This document shows positions 54,242 to 64,000 of a DNA stretch of 64,000 nucleotides, in pieces (position 1 is the stretch's first letter; every line of letters begins with the position of its first letter). A program made the translations under genes and the position numbers. This DNA comes from Escherichia phage vB_EcoP_EP32B. The DNA lies in the sequence record OR544955; one strand, given 5' to 3'. The notes under the pieces are model-generated. The model was given only the letters and a program-made list of their open reading frames with translations. It was not told the origin of the DNA and made no database searches.

Positions 54242-55690
54242 TTAAGCTGTAGGAAGTTCAACCCATGCACCATCTTTGCGAACATAGAATTTACCGTCTG
54301 AAGGAGCATCTTCAATATATCCAGCGTCCTTAAGAGTTTGGATTTCAGCTTCTGCAGCGGCCAAATCAGTTTCAAGAGTAGCAATTCTAGAAGTTAAACC
54401 ATTAATTGTCGTATCATGACTTTTAACTGTAGGCAATATACCGCGTTCTTCAACAGTCGAACCATTTGGGTTGGTGCCATTTATAAGAGTATTTAATGTG
54501 TTTACAGAACCCTTAATTCCTGTGGAATTAGTCCCAACATCAGTTTGAATGTTCTGAATGTCATTACTCAGCCCACCGATAGTTCCTTCAAGCTCTCGAG
54601 TACGATAAAGCAAAGAGCCGTCTGGTTCCGGTTTCCCACCTGAAGCGTCAACACCAACTACGTTATTTAACCATGACACATTAAAACGCAATCCTGACGA
54701 AGAATCAGAGCCGACAACAGTATTCAATGCTCCGATAGCATCAGTATTGAGTTTAATACGTCCTTGGATTGTAGTAGGCAAATCATCGGCGCCAATGGCA
54801 GTTTCTACTGTAGTCAAACGAGGTTTAATACCACCAGATTGATTGAGCTCAAGATTAATGTCGTTTATTGCTGAACTATTCGCATTAGTTGTAGTAATAA
54901 TAGAAGTCGTATTAGGATACCCAATAGACTGTTTAATGCCATCCAAGTCAGCATTTTGACGCGACAAAGTTAAATCAATACCGGAAAGACGACTAAACAC
55001 TGGAGTAGTGAAAGAAGTGCGAGGCCCCATTTCTTCGCGCAAGTGTTCAACTTCAACAGTTAAAGAGCCGACGTCAGAATCAGCAAATTTAGTTTCCAAA
55101 TCGGTTAAACGAACACCGTGGTCAACAATTACGGAGCTATTAGTCATAATACGGCGTTTCATACCAGTGCTATCATTTCCTGGAGTAGGAACCCCATTAA
55201 TATCTTGACCGGTATATTGTCCTAATTCATTTTTAATCCAAAGCAGGTCGTTACGAACCGTTCTATAAACTGAATCTGTTTCCTGATTATAAACACCAAT
55301 ATCGTCAGTATTCGCATCAATATGTTCATTCAAATCATTCAATTCACTGGCATGGGTTTGAACTGTGACTTTAATGACATCGATATCTTGGGTGTTCTGG
55401 CCTATCTGTGCAAGAGCATCAACATCCCCAGAAACATCTAAAATACCTTGAATAGCTTTGATATCTTCATTGGCCGTATTCAAAGAAGATGCTATAGTTT
55501 TAATATTAACATCTAACGCTTCTACGTTACGTTGAACTTCAACAATAGGACGGTTCATTACACCTTCAGAACCGTATTTTGTGTCAGCACCTGTTATTTC
55601 TTCATCGTTTTTAATCCATTCAATACGACTCTGACCCGCGTCTGGTGGGCCGTCAACATATGGTAAATCTACCAGAGTTATATCAGTCAT
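54242..55690 (-). CDS. wac: Fibritin (whiskers)
   Basis: 482 aa (T4 487); coiled-coil heptads and C-terminal foldon ...GYIEDAPSDGKFYVRKDGAWVELPTA. Confidence 0.88.
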   Translation of the reverse strand: MTDITLVDLPYVDGPPDAGQSRIEWIKNDEEITGADTKYGSEGVMNRPIVEVQRNVEALDVNIKTIASSLNTANEDIKAIQGILDVSGDVDALAQIGQNTQDIDVIKVTVQTHASELNDLNEHIDANTDDIGVYNQETDSVYRTVRNDLLWIKNELGQYTGQDINGVPTPGNDSTGMKRRIMTNSSVIVDHGVRLTDLETKFADSDVGSLTVEVEHLREEMGPRTSFTTPVFSRLSGIDLTLSRQNADLDGIKQSIGYPNTTSIITTTNANSSAINDINLELNQSGGIKPRLTTVETAIGADDLPTTIQGRIKLNTDAIGALNTVVGSDSSSGLRFNVSWLNNVVGVDASGGKPEPDGSLLYRTRELEGTIGGLSNDIQNIQTDVGTNSTGIKGSVNTLNTLINGTNPNGSTVEERGILPTVKSHDTTINGLTSRIATLETDLAAAEAEIQTLKDAGYIEDAPSDGKFYVRKDGAWVELPTA

Positions 55691-57273
55691 TATTTTACCT
55701 TAATGATATAGTTTAAAGAAATATTCCATGGGCGAGTTTCATTTCCAATTAATTCTGGACGATTTAATGTATATTTGGAATTTCGTTGTGATGCCGGGTC
55801 AATTTCATATCCGTCATTGGTGAAGTATGAACGGTTATCCCAGTCAAGTCCTTTACGTGTACCAACAAAATTTGATCTACGGGTATTACCGAATGCTCCA
55901 GAATCATCATGTTCACCAAAACCGCCAGCATGCTTATGATATGACATCTGTTGTTTTTGCACTTCACCGACATATCCACCGGTACAACCTACACCTAATC
56001 TAGGCTTACCAAACTGGTCATTACCATTAACATTTGGATTTGTTAAGTGAGAACCACGACCTGAGCCGCGAACAAATAATCCACGCATATCGGGCAAGCC
56101 TGGGTTAGAAGAACTACCACCATATCGTGTCCCAATTCTGGAAGCATATACCGGACATTCTGAAGCAGAAACGGTCCCACCGTGACAGAAACGCCAGTCC
56201 GAACTCGGCAAACTATCTGCAGCCCACATTGTAATAGCGCCAACTGGAAGAATTCGGTCTAATTCATTTTGAGTCACAATACGATTGCCTTGAATATAAC
56301 CACCGGTCATATTGACATTACCCGTTATATTAGCACCACCAGAACCAACCGTCAACGTATTATTAATGCGAAGCGTGCCATTAATAGTTTGACCGCCTCG
56401 TTGGTGGATAACATCAGCATTCCAAGCAAGGGCAGAAGAACCATCACCACCTGATTGGCTACCCGCTTGTGTAGTTAAACGAACAACTCCACGTAAAGAA
56501 GTTGTAGCCCCACGCCCGTTTAATGTTGCGCCGGTCACTACAACTGAAGAGTTGTTACTATTTACTTCAGTCTGTGTCCCTAGTTTAACGACACCTTTAT
56601 TAGTTTCTGATGCTACTGAATTCATAAAGGTATAAGGTGAAATTGCATAGCCTTCACGCAGGGTGCCTTGTTGTGCTTGTGCAACTGTAGCTAAACGAAC
56701 AACACCTGTAATAGATTCGGTGGCGTCACTATTATTTGGAGCAATTTGTGAAATAAGTTTAATTGCTAATTGTTGTGTTTTTAACGGGGTCATTGCCGTT
56801 GTATCGTCAGAACCAGCTAATGCCGCAGCAGAAGTTGAAATTTTAATTACACCATTTGTTGCTTCTGTTGATACTTTTGTCTGGAATACATTGTCTATTT
56901 TTTGATTCAATTTAAGCGGAGTAATTGATGCATCGTCAATAGCTCCGGCTACTGCTTCATCTTCAGTAGCATAACGAGTTAAACCATATTGAGTTTCGGT
57001 TGCATTAGGATATTGTAGACGAGCATTCAGTGATGCCGGAGTAACAGCTTTACTATTATCTAATCCATCAATAACTTCTTGTGGAGTGGCTATTTGAATA
57101 ATTCCAGGTGTAGTAGTTGTTGCTTCCGGTACGCCATTAACACCTGAAGGAGAAATAGCAGCTAATGCGGCTTGGACATTAGTGACTGTATCTGGAAAAT
57201 TCGACCCAGTAGGGTCGAATTCAACGTAAATAGATTCATTTGAAACGTGTTGGTATGTATTGTTATTACTCAT
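55690..57273 (-). CDS. 12: Short tail fiber gp12
   Basis: 527 aa, identical to T4 gp12. Confidence 0.85.
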   Translation of the reverse strand: MSNNNTYQHVSNESIYVEFDPTGSNFPDTVTNVQAALAAISPSGVNGVPEATTTTPGIIQIATPQEVIDGLDNSKAVTPASLNARLQYPNATETQYGLTRYATEDEAVAGAIDDASITPLKLNQKIDNVFQTKVSTEATNGVIKISTSAAALAGSDDTTAMTPLKTQQLAIKLISQIAPNNSDATESITGVVRLATVAQAQQGTLREGYAISPYTFMNSVASETNKGVVKLGTQTEVNSNNSSVVVTGATLNGRGATTSLRGVVRLTTQAGSQSGGDGSSALAWNADVIHQRGGQTINGTLRINNTLTVGSGGANITGNVNMTGGYIQGNRIVTQNELDRILPVGAITMWAADSLPSSDWRFCHGGTVSASECPVYASRIGTRYGGSSSNPGLPDMRGLFVRGSGRGSHLTNPNVNGNDQFGKPRLGVGCTGGYVGEVQKQQMSYHKHAGGFGEHDDSGAFGNTRRSNFVGTRKGLDWDNRSYFTNDGYEIDPASQRNSKYTLNRPELIGNETRPWNISLNYIIKVK

Positions 57274-57947
57274 GAGGCTCTCACAAAGTGGTAGAAAACG
57301 GTAGGAGTATCATGGTTATCAAGAGTAACCGTTTGGGCACCTAATAAATTCCATGTTCCGTATCCGGATTTTGCTTCAGACAAAATTTCTTGCGAAATTG
57401 TTACACCAAACGAAGCATATGTTGGCAACACATGACGTTGGTTATCTAAATATGTCACCTGAAGTTTATTACCTTCGGATGGATGGTCTTTATAAGAAGA
57501 AATAGCGATTTGATTAGCAATGGCTTCTTGTAAAGCTATACGAACTTGTGCCGTTAATTCGTTATCAGTCATACCGATTGTTGCTTTAACAGCAAGTCCA
57601 AATACGTTAATAACGACTGGCGTTCCAGTGGTCAAAGTATCGTCGAGAACATCACCAGAAAAAGTCCAATAATCAACTTGTGCTGTACCTTCAGGCGATA
57701 CGCCTGAAGTGTTTGTGACAACAGTACCAATATCAGCTCGTGCCATATTATGGACATCATTTATTGCAGATTCTACGTTAGCATCATAAAAACCGCGAGC
57801 TAACTGAGAAATAGTCACGGAACCTACAGCTTGGTTGTTTAAAACATCAATTTGAGCTGGATTTTTTCTGTAATTCAAAAAATCAGCATGACGGGAAATA
57901 ACTCCCGCCTTTGTATTAAGTACAGTCATTATGCAATCCTTACCCAA
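57270..57947 (-). CDS. 11: Baseplate wedge / short tail fiber connector gp11
   Basis: 225 aa (T4 219); synteny. Confidence 0.8.
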   Translation of the reverse strand: MGKDCIMTVLNTKAGVISRHADFLNYRKNPAQIDVLNNQAVGSVTISQLARGFYDANVESAINDVHNMARADIGTVVTNTSGVSPEGTAQVDYWTFSGDVLDDTLTTGTPVVINVFGLAVKATIGMTDNELTAQVRIALQEAIANQIAISSYKDHPSEGNKLQVTYLDNQRHVLPTYASFGVTISQEILSEAKSGYGTWNLLGAQTVTLDNHDTPTVFYHFVRAS

Positions 57948-59734
57948 CGGTATACAGTTATAGATGGCTGAATATTAGTTATAGAACGCGCTGGAACATG
58001 AGATCCATTAGTCTTTGCATGGTCTTCACGATATTTAGTGTAAATAGGACCTTCTTCATCCGGGTCATATTGGCAACCGCCTATAATTACTGTACCATTA
58101 TCATCAGAAATAAGAACCTTTTCATCGGTTTGTGTAGCTGGTAAATCAGCATTTTCTAATGTGATGGTTGTTACACCAACGGTACCACCTGCGGTATGAG
58201 TAGGGTTACCATTGACGTCAAGGTCATTATTATTTAATGCAAAATTAGGATCGGATGCGTCGTCATTCCAACCTGCTAATACTTTGCCTTGTCCCCAAAT
58301 TTTCCACAAACCAAAACCTAAATAAGTTGCCGGATTATTAGGGTTAACCGCATTTTCGTAAATAGTCCCGACAGGATAAATTGTATCAAATATTGCTGAG
58401 ATAGTCGAGAATTCACGTTCATACTTAGGAACAGGTTCTACATTAGGCCATCCAATTTTATCGAAATCGGTTAATGCAACGTCACCAGTAATTTCAATGT
58501 TAGACCCTTGAGAAACATATTTCTCATCAGCGACATCAAGGATTTCTTCCATTTCAAGAAGAGTTCCTAAATCGTTATTAAACCATGTGATGGTAATAAT
58601 GTCTTGGTCTTCAAATTGACGGTCAAACAGAATTGCGCTAGGGATATTATCAGTATATTCAATCGCATAATCTGTATACGATTGAGTCCACGTCCCACCG
58701 AGATTAGCGCATGACTCTTCAGAATCAGCATCCACACCTTCACAACGGAAAATAGGAGTTCCAACAGTACCAGCTAATTCTTGGAGAATACCATTGAAGC
58801 GAACTTCTAACGAATTAGGGTTAGGTGGTTCCGTAGGATTAATACCAAATGCTGTAAATGGAATAGACCGGAACGTACTCAAATCAGTGACGTAAATACT
58901 TCCGTCAATAGACTTTTTAGCAGTCAATTTACTATCTAAAATGCGAACTTGGCGACGAGTATATGAACTACGCCACTGAGAAACACCATCTAAGAATGTC
59001 TCAATTTGTACAGTGTCGCCAACATTACATGGTTGGCGTAATCTAATATTAAATCCATCAAGTGCAACCAGTTCACCAGGATTAGCGCCTGGAGAACCAA
59101 AATCACTGTTATCACTGAATACATCACCATAGTACAATTCGTTGCCACGATGTTTTACGCGAATGTTGTTAACGTTATAAGAGGTCCCGTTAAAAACATC
59201 CATGAAATCGGTCTGACCTTGGGTTTCAACCAGATATTCTCTACGAGCAACGTTACTAATGTCAGAGCTAACTATTTTGTCAATTTGTTTGTTCTTGATG
59301 TATTCCCAACGTCCAGGAGCACAATAAACTAATTCTAAATCAGAGAACTGAACGTTAATTTCCACCGGAGATGAAGAACCTTTAATCGTGTCTCCGTTTG
59401 CCGGAATTAAAGTAACAGGGTTAATGTTCCAAGTTGCAAATACGTCACGGGCACGAATAACTTTATTATAGTCTGCAATTGTCCCTTTAGGAAGATTTAC
59501 CGAAACTCGCCCAGAAGTAGTATTAATTGCATAAGATTTACCCCAAGCAGCCTTAAGATTAAGACCATCAGCCGCATCATAAGTCTTCCATGCACCAGCG
59601 GCATAAGGAACTTCACCATCACCTAATTCATAATAGATTTCGTCAAAGTTCTCATTTATTTTTTCACCACCTCGACGAAGGTAATCGCCTTGTCCGTCAT
59701 CAACGACGTTACCAATTTTAATATTTTGTTTCAT
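57929..59734 (-). CDS. 10: Baseplate wedge protein gp10
   Basis: 601 aa (T4 602). Confidence 0.82.
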   Translation of the reverse strand: MKQNIKIGNVVDDGQGDYLRRGGEKINENFDEIYYELGDGEVPYAAGAWKTYDAADGLNLKAAWGKSYAINTTSGRVSVNLPKGTIADYNKVIRARDVFATWNINPVTLIPANGDTIKGSSSPVEINVQFSDLELVYCAPGRWEYIKNKQIDKIVSSDISNVARREYLVETQGQTDFMDVFNGTSYNVNNIRVKHRGNELYYGDVFSDNSDFGSPGANPGELVALDGFNIRLRQPCNVGDTVQIETFLDGVSQWRSSYTRRQVRILDSKLTAKKSIDGSIYVTDLSTFRSIPFTAFGINPTEPPNPNSLEVRFNGILQELAGTVGTPIFRCEGVDADSEESCANLGGTWTQSYTDYAIEYTDNIPSAILFDRQFEDQDIITITWFNNDLGTLLEMEEILDVADEKYVSQGSNIEITGDVALTDFDKIGWPNVEPVPKYEREFSTISAIFDTIYPVGTIYENAVNPNNPATYLGFGLWKIWGQGKVLAGWNDDASDPNFALNNNDLDVNGNPTHTAGGTVGVTTITLENADLPATQTDEKVLISDDNGTVIIGGCQYDPDEEGPIYTKYREDHAKTNGSHVPARSITNIQPSITVYRWVRIA

Positions 59735-60606
59735 TATTGAGCGACCCCAATTTTCTGAGTTGAGATAATTTTAACTGCCGAACGTAATCCAATAATATCG
59801 GATGTAATCGTCATAGTAGCAAAGTTGTTAATAATACTAAAGCTAATATTAGCAATCTCGTCGGTTTCATCTACATTACCAACTCGCATTACTGCAAATT
59901 CGGTAGAAAGAACTTCTGAGTTAATTGTATCTATTAGAATATTTATTTCACATGTTTTTATTTTTCTACCGTCAGCGGATTGACATGTAACAAGCAATTT
60001 AGCCATGTTATAATCTGTGCGATAAAACAGAGGAATAGAAACTGTGTTTCCTGTAAGACTCCAAGTCCCATCGACAGGAGATTCTTTCTGCCCAAACATG
60101 CTATCAGTAGAATAATTCCATACTGAAGTCGGCCCATTAATTTCAACACAACGAAGAACAACATGGGTATAAGGGGTGGAAATAACAAGATTATTAAGAA
60201 CACCTTTAATTGAACCATCAGTTACTTGGATACTTAAAGGATTGTTAACAGAAATAGACCCATTAGAGTTTATGAATTCTACAGAGTCACCTAATTCAGG
60301 ACGGTCAATAATAACAATCACACCACCATCAGAAGCATCAATATCATGCATAGTGCCTGGTTTAATAGGAGTTTGATAATCGACCGCCTTTCCTTTTTGA
60401 TAATAACCTGTGGCATGAATAGTTTGACCTGTAGGTCCGGTTCCATCTGCTACGGCCATTTTACGTTGATCGCCAAATGCATTGTAAATAGCGTTGATAT
60501 CGTCATTTATTTTATTACCACCGTCGAATAAGATATCACCTGTTGAGGCATTACCAATTTCGCCGGTATCGATTAATTGTTTAGGAGTTTGCTTAAAAAA
60601 TGCCAT
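59734..60606 (-). CDS. 9: Baseplate wedge / long tail fiber socket gp9
   Basis: 290 aa (T4 288); late promoter and terminator in the 8-9 intergenic region. Confidence 0.8.
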   Translation of the reverse strand: MAFFKQTPKQLIDTGEIGNASTGDILFDGGNKINDDINAIYNAFGDQRKMAVADGTGPTGQTIHATGYYQKGKAVDYQTPIKPGTMHDIDASDGGVIVIIDRPELGDSVEFINSNGSISVNNPLSIQVTDGSIKGVLNNLVISTPYTHVVLRCVEINGPTSVWNYSTDSMFGQKESPVDGTWSLTGNTVSIPLFYRTDYNMAKLLVTCQSADGRKIKTCEINILIDTINSEVLSTEFAVMRVGNVDETDEIANISFSIINNFATMTITSDIIGLRSAVKIISTQKIGVAQ

Positions 60607-60637
60607 AATTCTGCCTTTTGTTGTCCGATATTATATT

Positions 60638-60645
60638 CTATTTAT
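60638..60645 (-). promoter_or_regulatory. Late promoter for gene 9
   Basis: Minus-strand TATAAATA between terminator hairpin and gene 9 start. Confidence 0.65.
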
Positions 60646-60649
60646 AGAT

Positions 60650-60674
60650 ACAAAAATGGGAGCCCGAAGGCTCC
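60650..60674 (-). terminator. Intrinsic terminator after gene 8
   Basis: Minus strand reads GGGAGCC-TTCG-GGCTCCC followed by ATTTTTG, then the gene 9 late promoter. Confidence 0.75.
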
Positions 60675-60678
60675 CTAA

Positions 60679-61683
60679 TTAAAACATAAACAAAATGTTA
60701 ATTTCTTCTGTTTGGTCCATTGCCATAATAACAGGTGGTCGGTTTTCCATATAAATCATTTCACCAGAATGACGTTGCAGGTCTCTAGGGTCGTAATAAT
60801 CCTTTTCTGCTTTAACATTAGGGTCATTTGGATTTTTCTTAGCTTCTAATGGGTTTGCGATAATTGATATCTGTCTAAAACCCTTGTTACCTGGCAAAGC
60901 TGCCTCAGGGAAATAAACAGAATCAAAATATGCTTTAAACCGCATTGTATTAGCTTTAACACGATAAATCAAGCCGTAGTCGTCTTGTTGCCAAGTTAAG
61001 TTATTTTCATATCCCCAACGGGTGGGGTCTTCTTTAATTTCTTCCGGCCATGGAACTACAAGATATTCATTAGTGCAACGGTTAATTGACACATCGGCAG
61101 GAATCTCATAAAGATATTCCCAAATATATCCATCACCGGTTTCGATAACCCCATTAGCATCGCCTCTGCCTTCAGGAGGAGACATAGAACGAACAGACGG
61201 AGTCCATTTACCACCTAATTTAAGACATTCGTCTTTATTATCTAAAGATTCTATTGAACAGAGCCCTACGTCAGGGACGTCTAAACAACGGTAAATTAAC
61301 CAACCGGCTCCAACTTCTGTCGCGTTGTACGGAGCAGTATTACATGCGACTATATCGTTAATTCTAAACGTGTAAGGGTCTGGATATCGCACATCTCCCC
61401 AATCACGTCTAGGAATAACAGAATCTAACATTGAAGGTAAAACTTTAACGGTACCCATCATATGGGTCCACATATCAGTAACACCAAGAACAGAATCTGT
61501 AGGATAAGGTGGGGCGAAGCCCACCTCATTTTCATTTGACGCCCAAGGCTCTGAACGTCCAAACGTAATATAAATGGAGTTCTTATCATCTCCATCCCCA
61601 ACTGAATTATAAAAATTCAGCATTTTCTCTGTTCTAAATTTTGATGTAACTATTGCACGATAGATAACACTTGAATCATTCAT
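60679..61683 (-). CDS. 8: Baseplate wedge protein gp8
   Basis: 334 aa, identical to T4 gp8. Confidence 0.82.
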   Translation of the reverse strand: MNDSSVIYRAIVTSKFRTEKMLNFYNSVGDGDDKNSIYITFGRSEPWASNENEVGFAPPYPTDSVLGVTDMWTHMMGTVKVLPSMLDSVIPRRDWGDVRYPDPYTFRINDIVACNTAPYNATEVGAGWLIYRCLDVPDVGLCSIESLDNKDECLKLGGKWTPSVRSMSPPEGRGDANGVIETGDGYIWEYLYEIPADVSINRCTNEYLVVPWPEEIKEDPTRWGYENNLTWQQDDYGLIYRVKANTMRFKAYFDSVYFPEAALPGNKGFRQISIIANPLEAKKNPNDPNVKAEKDYYDPRDLQRHSGEMIYMENRPPVIMAMDQTEEINILFMF

Positions 61684-64000
61684 CTAATTTAACCTGTGGT
61701 GGATTCACGGGGTCTCTTGGATTTCCTACATTATCGATTAACCGCTGTTCAACCAAATCTCTAAATCTAGAGAATGTTGTTCCGGACGCATCAAATAATG
61801 GGCTCATCAGTTTACGTCGTTCCGATGGAAGTTGACCTTGAAATATGGAGTTATTGTTTTCAGCGTTATAATCTTCAGGTAATGGATAATCTTGACCGGC
61901 CATAGGGCCTATTTCATATATCGCTTTACCTGTAATAGGGTCAAACTCAACATTTCCTTGTGGGTCTAATTTAGCCACTCGGTCTGCATATTTAGTCGGT
62001 AATCCAGAATCCCACTTATAGTTTTTGTATTTATTAATAACGGTTTCAACATGTTTAAGTGTTAATCCGGTGTTAATAAACATTGTGAGAAGGGTAATTG
62101 CGATAAATCCAAATCCAACCGGATGAACAAAACGTAATACGTCTGATTTCCAACGAGATGATGGAAGTTTAGATTTAATCTTCATTACGTAGTATGCTCT
62201 ACCACGATTTATGTAATCGATGTTGTTCTGAGAAAGCTCTTTACCTTTAATACCACGAACAATTTCACCTTCAAAACCAGGGAGTCTTTCAGCTTTAACT
62301 TCTTGTCCTTGGATTAAACGACCTAAGAGGTTGTGAATTGTTACGGTCCATTGTAATTTACCTTTAGAGTAACTTCTCTCGATATACGTCACATTACAAC
62401 GTCCTGTCGCGGTGTATATGGTTTGTCCGACCAAATCTTCTGTCAACGAATCAGATTCAATGATGATATCATATTCGGTCCCGGAGCTAGATTCAATTTC
62501 AATTTCAACATCTTCGTTATAAAGCACTTTAAACAAGAATTTATATGATGCTTCAGTTCCTTTAGTTGAATAGAAGTCATAACTTCTTGATTCAAAGAAA
62601 CGAGACACTAAATCGCGTTTTTCGGCGTTTAAATAAATGTTTCGTTTATAAATCTCGGACCATAAATATTCCCACGCATGTTCTTCTCGCGGATATTGAT
62701 TTTTAATAAGATTCAAAAGGTTGTTATAATGGGTCCCATAACCGTCAGAAAGATACTGAATATAAGCCTCGCAGAACGCTTCAAAGTTTGTATTATCTAA
62801 AAGATAAGACTCCGGCATCATTGTAGTGAGCAATGGACGTAAATCTGGGTCTGCAATACCATTCTCTTCTACAGGAGTCCATGTGGTATCTTTTTCTTGG
62901 TTTTGTAACGATGCTGTTAAGAATATATTAGTAGGCTTCCAAATTATAGAAACATTATCTCTAACACGATAACTAAAATCATAATAAGAAATAATCTCAC
63001 CTGATGATTTATAGAAAATCATGCCGGATGCATATTTTTTAAATCCGGTGAAATCCACGTTAGGCATCACTATTGTACAGTCACCGTCCTTCCAATATTC
63101 ATGAACTTCACGGTCTGAAGAACTAAGTGGATGATTCTCAATAACCTTAGTGTAAAGTAAATCAGAATAAATTACAACAGCCTTGTCTGAGTTATTAATC
63201 CAACATCGAGTACCGGACTTTCTAGAATAACTAAAGAATGGCTCAGCATAGTATTCCATCGGTTGAGGAGTGAACGATTCCCATTGAGAGTCTTCAGTTG
63301 AAATAAATGCCATCATATGATAATGTTTATCAGCCAACCATTCGCGAGGATACTCATATTTAACAGCACCGATTAAACCGTACTTGATTTGTGTTTTTGG
63401 GTCATCAACAATATCCGATTCTAGAAATTTAAAATTACTAGATGAAATAGATAACTCAACACCATCAGTAGACATACTGGTGTACCCAGGTTCAATACGA
63501 CGGCGTTCTTCTTCAGTATTACCAAACACACGTTTAAATGTGCCAGCATCATGGTCTAGAACGTAAACGCCCTTATCAGCAGAATCAACAATAGGAGTAG
63601 TCCTCGGGTCATCGTTAAGATTAACAACTTCACCGATAATCAGTGCAAATATTTTACCACCGACAGAATCCATTTTATAGCAAACTGCCTTAGGGTTACC
63701 TGTGATGTTAAATGTTTCTTGTTCAAACAAACGTTCGGAATATGTCGGAGATAACGGGTCTGAATCAATAGGGGCATTACTAGTTTTGATAAAACGAACT
63801 TTATCTCGAGCAGCAACGTATACATAATCGTCGTTGCAAACGATAGCTTCTGCAATACGTGATACGTTAGCAGGTAATGATGCGTAGTTACCAAATATTT
63901 CTACATCAAATCCTAAATTTAATTGGTCGCCAATTTTAGCAAATGTTATATCTTGGGAACTAAATCTCACATCATCAGCAGACCAACGAATGTCTGTTGA
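61676..64000 (-). CDS. 7: Baseplate wedge protein gp7, C-terminal ~770 codons (gene starts beyond window end)
   Basis: Minus-strand frame open to the window end (no stop upstream of the track's internal start at 63970); size and position upstream of gene 8 fit T4 gp7 (1032 aa). Confidence 0.8.
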   Translation of the reverse strand, partial: STDIRWSADDVRFSSQDITFAKIGDQLNLGFDVEIFGNYASLPANVSRIAEAIVCNDDYVYVAARDKVRFIKTSNAPIDSDPLSPTYSERLFEQETFNITGNPKAVCYKMDSVGGKIFALIIGEVVNLNDDPRTTPIVDSADKGVYVLDHDAGTFKRVFGNTEEERRRIEPGYTSMSTDGVELSISSSNFKFLESDIVDDPKTQIKYGLIGAVKYEYPREWLADKHYHMMAFISTEDSQWESFTPQPMEYYAEPFFSYSRKSGTRCWINNSDKAVVIYSDLLYTKVIENHPLSSSDREVHEYWKDGDCTIVMPNVDFTGFKKYASGMIFYKSSGEIISYYDFSYRVRDNVSIIWKPTNIFLTASLQNQEKDTTWTPVEENGIADPDLRPLLTTMMPESYLLDNTNFEAFCEAYIQYLSDGYGTHYNNLLNLIKNQYPREEHAWEYLWSEIYKRNIYLNAEKRDLVSRFFESRSYDFYSTKGTEASYKFLFKVLYNEDVEIEIESSSGTEYDIIIESDSLTEDLVGQTIYTATGRCNVTYIERSYSKGKLQWTVTIHNLLGRLIQGQEVKAERLPGFEGEIVRGIKGKELSQNNIDYINRGRAYYVMKIKSKLPSSRWKSDVLRFVHPVGFGFIAITLLTMFINTGLTLKHVETVINKYKNYKWDSGLPTKYADRVAKLDPQGNVEFDPITGKAIYEIGPMAGQDYPLPEDYNAENNNSIFQGQLPSERRKLMSPLFDASGTTFSRFRDLVEQRLIDNVGNPRDPVNPPQVKLDE

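Overview
This window is a ~64-kb slice of a T4-like (T-even, Tequatrovirus-like) myovirus genome, in reverse orientation relative to the standard T4 map. Gene identities come from reading the supplied translations against remembered T4 protein sequences, lengths and gene order; no database search was run. Plus strand: the early/middle replication and nucleotide-metabolism array (rnh, dsbA, 33, 59, 32, frd, td, nrdA, nrdB, denA, rnlA, pseT, cd, 31, a 30.x cluster, DNA ligase 30, alt), then 26-25-uvsY and inh-hoc-rnlB. Minus strand: the 5' part of long-tail-fiber gene 34 (window start, not in the ORF track), baseplate hub genes 54-48-29-28-27-51, uvsW, and the late block 24-23-22-21-68-67-20-19-18-17-16-15-14-13-wac-12-11-10-9-8-7 (gene 7 runs off the window end). 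T4-type early promoters (GTTTAC N17-19 TAnnnT), MotA-box middle promoters, late promoters (TATAAATA) and many GC-stem/tetraloop terminators are visible. Main findings: (1) a complete class I DAHP synthase (AroF/AroG-like) inserted just upstream of, and translationally coupled to, dCMP deaminase, which T4 lacks; (2) six core genes (32, td, nrdB, 30, 21, 23) are each split by short out-of-frame deletions with conserved protein segments missing, while all neighbours are intact, so this is either an assembly artefact or a defective genome; (3) a YbiA/NADAR-like protein and a HAD-type hydrolase in the 30.x cluster; (4) Hoc with an extra Ig-like domain; (5) no introns or homing-endonuclease genes at the loci where T4 carries them. 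No tRNA, CRISPR or integrase-type elements were seen.
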